64,000 bases of DNA, taken from contig DKKO01000006.1 in the NCBI GenBank assembly GCA_002455275.1, forward strand, positions 50,850-114,849, read 5' to 3'. The position numbers were made by a program, and so were the translations under genes. This DNA is from Candidatus Saccharibacteria bacterium UBA6664. GTDB lineage: Bacteria > Patescibacteriota > Saccharimonadia > Saccharimonadales > Saccharimonadaceae. Positions 55,142-62,595 of the stretch are shown in pieces. Numbering within the stretch: position 1 is the first letter of the stretch; each line of letters begins with the position of its first letter. The notes beneath the pieces were generated by a model. It was not told the DNA's origin and made no database searches. It saw only the letters and a program-made list of their open reading frames with translations.

Positions 55142-56662
55142 ATGAATCAAACGCTCGCGCTCGAAATAATGCTCGCTGGTCACAGCGTGTTTTTGACTGG
55201 TCCGGCAGGAGCGGGAAAGACCTATGTACTAAATCAATTTATAAAGCTTGCCAAACATGAAGGCAAGCATGTTAGCGTGACGGCCACCACTGGCTTGGCG
55301 GCGTCACATCTGGGTGGTACAACCATTCATAGCTGGAGCGGAATAGGCGTGCACGATGAATTGCCGCCGAACTTTGCTGAACATGTAAGCAAGGGACGAC
55401 GTGAAATCATCGAAAAAACGGACATATTGATAATTGATGAGATTTCGATGCTGCATGACTTTCGACTTGATATGGTGGACGAAGCCTGCCGGCTGATTCG
55501 CAAACAGCCTGATAAGCCATTCGGCGGAATTCAGCTGATAATGAGTGGTGACTTTTTCCAATTGCCCCCAGTGAATAGAAACGATGCGAGGCCCGGCAGT
55601 TTTGTGGTAAATAGCGTAGCGTGGCAAGAGCTCAACCCAGTCGTGTGCTACCTAAACGAGCAATTTCGTCACGACGATGAAAAATTAAGTGAAATTTTGC
55701 AGGCGATGCGCGAGCAAGACGTGCGCAGGCATCACGCCGAAACATTGCTTGCTCGGGCGGAAACTACTCCACCAAGCGGCTTACTTTACACCGAGCTGCA
55801 CACGGTGAACGTGGATGTTGATAAGCAAAACGAAGCAAAACTCGATGAACTCTCTGGTGATGAGATGATATATACGCAAAGCACCACAGGTAGTGCAAAT
55901 TATGTTGAGAATTTGCAGCGCTCGGTTCTAGCCCCTGCCACATTACGACTTAAGCAAGGTGCGTTGGTGATGGCGGTGAAAAATGACATGAACAAAAAGT
56001 ACGCCAATGGTAGTATTGGCACCGTGGTAGATTTTGACCCAGCCACCGAATACCCGATTGTTGAATTTACTAATGGTAGGGAAGTGACCATGCAACCTGA
56101 TACGTGGGAGCTTCGCGATGGTGACAAAAAGCGCGCCAGCATAACGCAAATTCCGCTTCGCTTGGCGTGGGCGATAACGGTACATAAGAGCCAAGGAATG
56201 ACGCTAGACGCTGCCTTAATCGATCTACGAAAAGCATTTGTAGAGGGTATGGGCTATGTGGCACTAAGTCGCGTGCGAAACCTCGACAGCCTCTACTTAA
56301 AGGGCATTAACCGTATGGCGCTGCAAATCAGTGAAGACGCACACACGATAGACAGCTTGCTACGATCGAAATCCGCTCAGGACGCGAAGGAATTGGCTCA
56401 TTTAGAAAAGAATGCTTCAAAGCGGGCTGCCATGCCTGCGAAGTCAGCTGTAAAATCATCGAATTGGAGCGAAAAGATTGAAAAAATGCGTGAGACTTAC
56501 CCAAATGCGTATCGACCATGGACAACAGCTCAGGATTCTGAACTAAAACAATATTTTGAGAATGGCGCAGCGCTAGCAGAAATTTCAAAAAAGCTTGGGC
56601 GACACAAAGGTTCGATAGAGATGCGTTTAAAGAAGCACTACGGCGAAGACATATCACTCTAG
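55142..56662 (+). CDS. Pif1/RecD-family SF1B DNA helicase with C-terminal HTH tail
   Basis: Walker A GPAGAGKT, Walker B LIIDEISM, Pif1 signature PFGGIQLIMSGDFFQLPPV, TVHKSQGMT, YVALSRV. C-terminal WTTAQDSELKQYFENGAALAEISKKLGRHKGSIEMRL. TATAAT at 55129-34 is followed by 7 nt and then the ATG. Confidence 0.88.
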   Translation: MNQTLALEIMLAGHSVFLTGPAGAGKTYVLNQFIKLAKHEGKHVSVTATTGLAASHLGGTTIHSWSGIGVHDELPPNFAEHVSKGRREIIEKTDILIIDEISMLHDFRLDMVDEACRLIRKQPDKPFGGIQLIMSGDFFQLPPVNRNDARPGSFVVNSVAWQELNPVVCYLNEQFRHDDEKLSEILQAMREQDVRRHHAETLLARAETTPPSGLLYTELHTVNVDVDKQNEAKLDELSGDEMIYTQSTTGSANYVENLQRSVLAPATLRLKQGALVMAVKNDMNKKYANGSIGTVVDFDPATEYPIVEFTNGREVTMQPDTWELRDGDKKRASITQIPLRLAWAITVHKSQGMTLDAALIDLRKAFVEGMGYVALSRVRNLDSLYLKGINRMALQISEDAHTIDSLLRSKSAQDAKELAHLEKNASKRAAMPAKSAVKSSNWSEKIEKMRETYPNAYRPWTTAQDSELKQYFENGAALAEISKKLGRHKGSIEMRLKKHYGEDISL

Positions 56663-56677
56663 GGTATAATAAGAGAG

Positions 56678-57934
56678 ATGCAACCTAACGAAGCGAAGCG
56701 CTTTCCAAAACGATTTTTGTGGGGCGTGAGTACGAGCGCACACCAGGTGGAAGGGGGAACCCACAACCAATGGTCGGTGTGGGAGCTTGAAAATGCGCGT
56801 AGCCTTGCTGCTCAGGCCGAGTATCGCTTAGGCGATCTTGCTAATTGGAATGCCATAAAAAAGCAGGCAAAAGACCCGGCGAACTATGTTTCAGCTAAAG
56901 CCGCTGATCACTTTGCGCGCTACGAAGCCGATTTTGATATTGCTAAAAAATTGAATATGAACGCGATGCGCTTTAGTGTGGAATGGTCGCGAATCGAGCC
57001 GAAAGAGGGCATATGGGACGTGGGTGCGATTGCACACTACAAACGCTACGTTGCCGCCTTGAAAAAACGCGGTATCGAGCCAGTGGTAACGCTATTTCAC
57101 TTTACGTTGCCAGTGTGGTTTAGCGATATTGGCGGGTTTGAGTATCGTCGCAATGTTCCGTACTTTACACGATTCGCGGAAAAAATTTTGTCGGAGCTTG
57201 GTGGTGATGTGCGGCTGGTGATTACCATTAACGAGCCAGAAATTTATGCGACGCAAAGCTACCTGGACGGTCAGTGGCCACCGGCACAACAAAGCAAGGT
57301 ACGAATGTGGCGAGTGCTACGTAACCTGGCGTATGCGCACAACAAAACTGCCGACATGATTCATGGCTTGAGCCGTAGATATAAAGTGTCGATTGCAACA
57401 AATTCTGCTTATACGTATGGCGGTGACGACGCATGGTTGAGTCGTATTAGTGCTGGGGCAGTGCAGTATGCGAGCGATGATTATTTGCTACGAAAAGTAA
57501 AACGACGCTGCGATTTTTTGGGTGTGAATTATTATTTTAGCAACCGCATGTATGGCTACCGAATACACAACCCCGATGAAAAACTAAGTGACATGGGTTG
57601 GGATATGTCGCCCATGAACCTAGAATTTACATTGGAGCGATTGTACGAAAAGTACAAGCTGCCGATTATTATTACCGAGAATGGGTTGGCAGACGAACGC
57701 GACGCGAATCGAAAATGGTGGCTGACACACACGATCATTGCCATGCAAAATGCGATGAAACGAGGAGTGCCGCTACACGGCTACTTGCACTGGAGTTTGC
57801 TCGACAACTTTGAGTGGGCATATGGTAAATGGCCACGCTTTGGGCTAGTGGCGGTAGACCAGCGTACCATGGAAAGAACCATACGCCCAAGCGCGCTGTG
57901 GTTCGCTAAAATCATTAAAAAACTGCAATCGTAG
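56678..57934 (+). CDS. Glycoside hydrolase family 1 (beta-glucosidase-like)
   Basis: Acid/base TINEPE and nucleophile IIITENG. HWSLLDNFEW. TATAAT at 56665-70 is followed by 7 nt and then the ATG. Confidence 0.9.
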   Translation: MQPNEAKRFPKRFLWGVSTSAHQVEGGTHNQWSVWELENARSLAAQAEYRLGDLANWNAIKKQAKDPANYVSAKAADHFARYEADFDIAKKLNMNAMRFSVEWSRIEPKEGIWDVGAIAHYKRYVAALKKRGIEPVVTLFHFTLPVWFSDIGGFEYRRNVPYFTRFAEKILSELGGDVRLVITINEPEIYATQSYLDGQWPPAQQSKVRMWRVLRNLAYAHNKTADMIHGLSRRYKVSIATNSAYTYGGDDAWLSRISAGAVQYASDDYLLRKVKRRCDFLGVNYYFSNRMYGYRIHNPDEKLSDMGWDMSPMNLEFTLERLYEKYKLPIIITENGLADERDANRKWWLTHTIIAMQNAMKRGVPLHGYLHWSLLDNFEWAYGKWPRFGLVAVDQRTMERTIRPSALWFAKIIKKLQS

Positions 57935-57949
57935 GGTACAATAGCGACT

Positions 57950-58936
57950 ATGGAACCTGAAAAGAAAATTGTAGTGATTGGTGGTGGCACAGGAAGCTTT
58001 AGTTTGCTGAGCGCCCTAAAAACCCAAGTTCACGATTTGACCGCGATAGTGAGCATGGCTGACGACGGTGGAAGTACTGGCGTGTTGCGCGACGAACTGG
58101 GCGTGCTGCCGCCGGGTGATGTGCGCCAATGCTTGGTCGCGTTGAGCGACTCACCAAAAATACGAGATTTGTTTAGTTATCGATTTGAAGAGGGTACCTT
58201 TGGCGGCCATTCATTTGGCAACATATTGCTGACCGCACTCGAAAAGATGACGGGCAGTTTTTCGGAAGCAGTAGAAACAGCTTCGGAAATTTTGCGTGTA
58301 AATGGGCGCGTGCTACCCGCGACACTTGATAACGTGCGACTACGCATGAGCTGGGGTGACGAAAGCCTGACGCTGCATGGCGAACGCGTGATAGACGCAG
58401 ACTACTTTGCTCACGATCCACGTAAAGCCATACTGAGCTTGGCGCCAGAGGCGAATGCCAACCCAGCGGCACTCGAAGCCATACGTGAAGCTGACTTAGT
58501 GGTGATTGCCCCTGGAGATTTGTATACGTCGCTGGGGCCACTTCTCGTGATAGACGGCTTTGGTAAGGCGTTGGCCGAGACAAGCGCCACGGTAGCGTAT
58601 GTGTGCAACTTGGTAACAAAGCGCGGGCAAACCGAAGGTTTTTGCGTGAGCGACCATGCGAGCGAAATTGAACGTTTTGCAGGCCAACCAATACTGGACT
58701 ACGTACTGTATAATCACCAGCAGCCAAGCGAGGAAGTGGCCAAGCGCTACGAGCAAGAAAATGCCTATTTGGTAGAGGTAGACCCTGAAAAACTGTCCGG
58801 GGCTCATTACAAAGCAATTGCTGGGGATTTCTTGGGCGACACCCCAGAGGCAGAGCAAGGCGACGTCTTGGCAAAATTGCGCTCATTTATTCGACACGAC
58901 GCCGATCACATTCGCGACGCACTCTTAGAGTTATAA
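57950..58936 (+). CDS. YvcK / CofD-like (UPF0052, gluconeogenesis factor) family protein
   Basis: VVIGGGTGSF and MADDGGSTGVLRDE. TACAAT at 57937-42 is followed by 7 nt and then the ATG. Confidence 0.85.
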   Translation: MEPEKKIVVIGGGTGSFSLLSALKTQVHDLTAIVSMADDGGSTGVLRDELGVLPPGDVRQCLVALSDSPKIRDLFSYRFEEGTFGGHSFGNILLTALEKMTGSFSEAVETASEILRVNGRVLPATLDNVRLRMSWGDESLTLHGERVIDADYFAHDPRKAILSLAPEANANPAALEAIREADLVVIAPGDLYTSLGPLLVIDGFGKALAETSATVAYVCNLVTKRGQTEGFCVSDHASEIERFAGQPILDYVLYNHQQPSEEVAKRYEQENAYLVEVDPEKLSGAHYKAIAGDFLGDTPEAEQGDVLAKLRSFIRHDADHIRDALLEL

Positions 58937-58943
58937 TAGAGAC

Positions 58944-59741
58944 ATGGTTTTATACGATATGGCACCCACCGATTTACAACACGAGCGCGAACCGCGAGAA
59001 GTGGAAACGTTTGTTGCGCTTGATTTAGACCGGACGTTACTGAATAGCGACGCGCTTGGCAATGTTCAATGTGATATATTGGCTGATTTCGGTATTGGCC
59101 AAGATGAGATAGACGCTCACAAAGCCCACATCGCAGCGAACAAGGGCAACTCGTTCCCCGTTGTTAACTATCTTACGGATACCTATGGAAGCGAGCTGGT
59201 GACTAGTTTGCAAGAACGACTGCTAGCTCGAGCTTCAGAGCCTGCTATTAGAGCTGCTCTGCTTTTTGAGGGTGTGATCGAGCTTCTAGATGCTCTAGAA
59301 AATAAGGACGTGCCGTATGGCGTGTTAACGTTTGGCGAACAAGAAAATCAATCGTTTAAACTTCGACTATTTGAACTACTTACCGACAGAGAAGGCAAGA
59401 TACTCTCTGAAATAACCAGTGAAAACAACAAGAGCGATTATATACACCACCAATGGCAGAATACCAGTGGAGTGGGAAGCGGTACATTTGCTATACCGGA
59501 ACACTTTACTCATGATCGGCCGATTACCGCACATCATGTGATACTTCTCGATGACAAAGGCTCGCACTTAGATACCGAGCATAGCGACATAGGTGGTATG
59601 TTGGTAGGCAATCTGCCAGATGAGACTGGTGCATACCCAGAGGGAACGCATAGGTTGGGCGAATTCACGGACGTTGTGAGGCAACTAGCTCAGGGTGAGC
59701 CGTTGCGCTTGCCTGAAGAACTGCGCTACCAAGCGGCGTAA
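58944..59741 (+). CDS. HAD-superfamily-like hydrolase (hypothetical)
   Basis: DxD motif in FVALDLDRTLL and distal ILLDDKG. TATAAT at 58932-37 is followed by 6 nt and then the ATG. Confidence 0.55.
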   Translation: MVLYDMAPTDLQHEREPREVETFVALDLDRTLLNSDALGNVQCDILADFGIGQDEIDAHKAHIAANKGNSFPVVNYLTDTYGSELVTSLQERLLARASEPAIRAALLFEGVIELLDALENKDVPYGVLTFGEQENQSFKLRLFELLTDREGKILSEITSENNKSDYIHHQWQNTSGVGSGTFAIPEHFTHDRPITAHHVILLDDKGSHLDTEHSDIGGMLVGNLPDETGAYPEGTHRLGEFTDVVRQLAQGEPLRLPEELRYQAA

Positions 59742-59790
59742 CAAACCTAATCTTGACTTTTTATACTGCTTATGCTACTATAGTGGTGCT

Positions 59791-59997
59791 ATGAAAGCAA
59801 ACACAAACACCACTAAAAAGTCAGCAAAGCAACTTGCCATGGAGCAAGCCGCTGTATTGCAGACAGAACGTGACTTTAAAGACGCGCTTTTGATGGTATC
59901 AGTTACCGTTAATTTGTTCGTCTTTTGCTTGTGGGTAGCCCTGCAGGTAACAACGCGCTACGACAGCGCGCTGACACTTCTGTTTTTCAACCGTTAA
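59791..59997 (+). CDS. 68-aa small single-pass membrane protein
   Basis: Start at ATG 59791, with TATAGT at 59779-84 followed by 6 nt. One TM (LLMVSVTVNLFVFCLWVAL). The ORF-track start at 59695 overlaps the upstream gene. Confidence 0.5.
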   Translation: MKANTNTTKKSAKQLAMEQAAVLQTERDFKDALLMVSVTVNLFVFCLWVALQVTTRYDSALTLLFFNR

Positions 59998-60023
59998 ATT
60001 GTTGATTTGACAGCGTAGTTTTT

Positions 60024-60054
60024 ACGACGTTCTTCTGCTAGTAGAGGACGTCGT
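60024..60054 (+). terminator. Probable intrinsic terminator
   Basis: ACGACGT(60024-30) pairs with ACGTCGT(60048-54), extendable by C-G, T-A and G-U pairs. Followed by TTCTCTTT. Confidence 0.5.
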
Positions 60055-60087
60055 TTCTCTTTAGGAAAGATGTTTATCCACAAAACT

Positions 60088-60183
60088 GTGGAAAAAAGTC
60101 TGAAAGAAACCTGAAAAAGATAAAAAATACCCTTGCAGTGGGTAGCAGTGGGTATTATAGTAAGGTCAGTGGAAAAAAGTGGG
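60088..60183 (+). promoter_or_regulatory. Phased GTGG(G/A) direct repeats, candidate MraZ operator
   Basis: GTGGA at 60088, GTGGG at 60138, GTGGG at 60148, GTGGA at 60169, GTGGG at 60179. Spacings are 50, 10, 21 and 10 nt. The 12-mer GTGGAAAAAAGT occurs twice (60088-99 and 60169-80). Confidence 0.6.
60133..60161 (+). promoter_or_regulatory. Candidate dcw/mraZ promoter
   Basis: TTGCAG(60133-38), a 17-nt spacer, TATAGT(60156-61). GTGG boxes interleave with it. Confidence 0.5.
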
Positions 60184-60279
60184 TAACACCACCACACAAA
60201 CAAACAACCACTAAACATTAAAAAATAACATCACTCGTAAGCGGTCGAAGGAACGGCGAACAGATACACAGATACGGCA

Positions 60280-60642
60280 ATGGACTATTTCGAACGAAAG
60301 CTCGACGAAAAACGACGGTTAACCATACCATCAGAGCTTCGAAATGAATTTGCCAGCGGTGTAGTTGTAACCCGGGGATTCGGCAACTATCTACACCTCT
60401 ACCCACAACAAGTATGGGACAGGGAAGTAGAACCTGCGCTAGGCGGCAATATCCTAGACGAAACAGTTGCTGATTTGAACGTTCGATTCCGACGCGGTAA
60501 AACTTCAGCTGAGCTCGACCAAAAACAAGGCCGAGTAACGCTAGAGCAGCATCTACTCGAGTATGCGGGCATCGACAAACAAGTCGTGGCCGTTCGAGCA
60601 GGCGCCTACTGGCGGCTGATGGCTACCGAGGCCGACGCGTGA
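60280..60642 (+). CDS. mraZ: Transcriptional regulator MraZ (short, 120 aa)
   Basis: Two SpoVT/AbrB-like half-domains with KLDEKRRLTIPSELR and ELDQKQGRVTLEQHLLEYAGI. First gene of the dcw cluster. Confidence 0.85.
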   Translation: MDYFERKLDEKRRLTIPSELRNEFASGVVVTRGFGNYLHLYPQQVWDREVEPALGGNILDETVADLNVRFRRGKTSAELDQKQGRVTLEQHLLEYAGIDKQVVAVRAGAYWRLMATEADA

Positions 60643-60825
60643 TGAACCTAATGTTGTTGTAACTTAACAACCCAAACGAAAACATACCTCGAGACCACCT
60701 ATCTGGCAATAATGTCGTGGATAGGCGAAACACATTAACCGATCGCTTGAACCTTCCTTACAATACACACCTCCCAAAAAACTCCACCTCACACATAAGT
60801 CTCTCAACCATGTATGACCCGGTAT

Positions 60826-60842
60826 GAATTACACGGTAATTC
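60826..60842. repeat. Perfect palindrome GAATTAC-acg-GTAATTC in the mraZ-rsmH spacer
   Basis: 7-bp arms with a 3-nt centre. It overlaps the first copy of the direct repeat TACACGGTAA (60830-39; second copy 60859-68). Confidence 0.6.
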
Positions 60843-60950
60843 AACCAACTACAAATCATACACGGTAACTTATAAACAAAAACAAAAACAACAAAAAACA
60901 AACAGGCATTTATTGCCAGTTAGGTGATCTCGACTTCTACAGGGCGCGCC

Positions 60951-60994
60951 AGTCAACCTGCCAACCAGCAGAGCTGGTTGCCTGCTGACTTTTT
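60951..60994 (+). terminator. Terminator-like composite hairpin
   Basis: Inner stem CAACCAGC/GCTGGTTG (60962-69 / 60973-80) with a 3-nt loop. An internal loop, then outer stem AGTCA/TGACT, then TTTT (60991-94). Confidence 0.35.
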
Positions 60995-61137
60995 CGGCTA
61001 TTTTGACATTTTTCACCTGCGAGACTTGCTCGCTGTACTATCTGTACAGCTTCGCTCGTTTCTCGGCGATAAAATGCAAACTAGCTCGAAACGCGCTCCT
61101 GTAGAAGCCCTTAATTATAGATGCTATAGTTAAGGAG

Positions 61138-62049
61138 ATGAGTATAAATGAACATCCACCACAAGATGAGCCGAAGGCTCGTTTACATGTTCCAGTATTA
61201 CTCGATACATGCATTGACGTGATGCAGCCTAAGCAAGCAGAGTCATATTTAGACCTAACTGCTGGTTATGGCGGTCACGCGGCGGCATTTTTAGCCAAAA
61301 CCAATGCGTACTCGAATGCAGTGCTGGTTGATCGCGATCAAATGGCGATTAACGAGCTTGCAGTATTTGAACAAAAGGGAGCAACGCTGCTTCATACCGA
61401 TTTCGTGAGTGCCGCACAGGCGCTTCGCGAGCAGGGAAGGCAGTTTGATCTTATCTTTGTGGATCTAGGGGTGTCGTCACCACAGCTCGATAGAGCAGAA
61501 CGAGGGTTTTCTTTTTCAATGGACGGTCCGCTCGATATGCGGATGGACCAGCGCCTTGAAAAGAACGCTGCAACACTGGTTAATACAGCCCGTGAAGCAG
61601 AATTAGTGCGCATCATCACCATGTATGGTGAAGAACGCACCAGTGTGGCAAAGCGAATCGCTAAAGCTATTATTGCTCAGCGACCGTTTTCAAGCACGAA
61701 AGAACTCTCTGACTGTGTACTGGGCACACATCGTGGCAGCTGGCAAAGGACTCATCCTGCTACGCGTACTTTTCAAGCGCTCCGCATTGCCGTAAACGAC
61801 GAGTTGGGGCAACTAGAGACACTTCTAAGATGTATTCCTGACCTACTGACAGTAGGGGGAAGAGTCGGGATTCTAAGCTTCCATAGCTTAGAAGATAGAC
61901 TGGTAAAGCGGTTCTTTAAGGAACACGCTGAGGCAGGCTACGAAGCAGATCTAGATGTTCTGACCAAAAAACCTATAGACGGAGCAACTCACGACGTTCA
62001 CAATCCGCGAAGTCGAAGCGCTAAGCTTCGTGTCGCAGTGAAAAAATAA
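61138..62049 (+). CDS. rsmH: 16S rRNA (cytosine1402-N4)-methyltransferase
   Basis: HVPVLL, DLTAGYGGH, DLGVSSPQLD, FHSLEDRLVK. An alternative ATG at 61147 is better spaced from SD AAGGAG. Confidence 0.93.
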   Translation: MSINEHPPQDEPKARLHVPVLLDTCIDVMQPKQAESYLDLTAGYGGHAAAFLAKTNAYSNAVLVDRDQMAINELAVFEQKGATLLHTDFVSAAQALREQGRQFDLIFVDLGVSSPQLDRAERGFSFSMDGPLDMRMDQRLEKNAATLVNTAREAELVRIITMYGEERTSVAKRIAKAIIAQRPFSSTKELSDCVLGTHRGSWQRTHPATRTFQALRIAVNDELGQLETLLRCIPDLLTVGGRVGILSFHSLEDRLVKRFFKEHAEAGYEADLDVLTKKPIDGATHDVHNPRSRSAKLRVAVKK

Positions 62050-62077
62050 ACACAACAATTGGAAGGAGGCATTTTAG

Positions 62078-62143
62078 ATGCCAATCCACATTCCAGTGCA
62101 AAACCAGTCGGTCGAAACAAAAGTGACCGTCCGGTTCAAATAA
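62078..62143 (+). CDS. Possible 21-codon upstream ORF with a strong SD
   Basis: AAGGAGG at 62063-69, 8 nt, then ATG 62078. Reads MPIHIPVQNQSVETKVTVRFK and ends at TAA 62141-43. Confidence 0.3.
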   Translation: MPIHIPVQNQSVETKVTVRFK

Positions 62144-62232
62144 CGACGTTGGCAATGGGGCGTGCCGTATTTAGGGCGCCCCAGCCAAGTCGGCTAATAC
62201 AAACATAAAAACAAAAACAAACTATCCACCAC

Positions 62233-62580
62233 ATGTCGTATTATTCATCCACCACATACGCTCGTCGGCGCACAGGCATGACGAGAGGGTATAACTCAGT
62301 CGCATTTACGTCCAGTGTAAAGCTTGGCCCCGTGACACATACAGTGCTTGTAGCACTGATGATTACGGTATTAGGCTTGATATACCTGACGCAAGCGACG
62401 AAAGCCACGAGTTACGACTACGAAGCCCAAAAGATAGAGACCAAGATTGCCGAGCTTTCAACTGAGAAAACAGATCTCGAAGTTGAAAACGCACGCCTTA
62501 CTGCACTGGATTCAGTGCGCAACAGTAGTGTGGCTCGCGCGATGACCTCGCCAGGCGCTCCGCAGCACGTATCTCAATAA
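62233..62580 (+). CDS. ftsL: FtsL-like cell-division protein (TM + coiled coil)
   Basis: 115 aa. One TM (VLVALMITVLGLIYL), then a heptad-like segment. In the canonical position between rsmH and the PBP gene. Confidence 0.65.
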   Translation: MSYYSSTTYARRRTGMTRGYNSVAFTSSVKLGPVTHTVLVALMITVLGLIYLTQATKATSYDYEAQKIETKIAELSTEKTDLEVENARLTALDSVRNSSVARAMTSPGAPQHVSQ

Positions 62581-62595
62581 ACAATTATTACCGCT

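Noticed and set aside
60088-60183. Short direct repeats as a possible CRISPR array
   Set aside because: The repeat units are only 5-12 nt at 10/21-nt phasing. There are no spacers of CRISPR size and no cas genes. The position upstream of mraZ fits an operator.
60924-61133. 69-aa GTG-start ORF in the mraZ-rsmH spacer
   Set aside because: It runs through a terminator-like hairpin with a T-run, a TTGACA box and a second hairpin. It has no SD or -10-abutting start and an odd composition. Non-coding is more likely.
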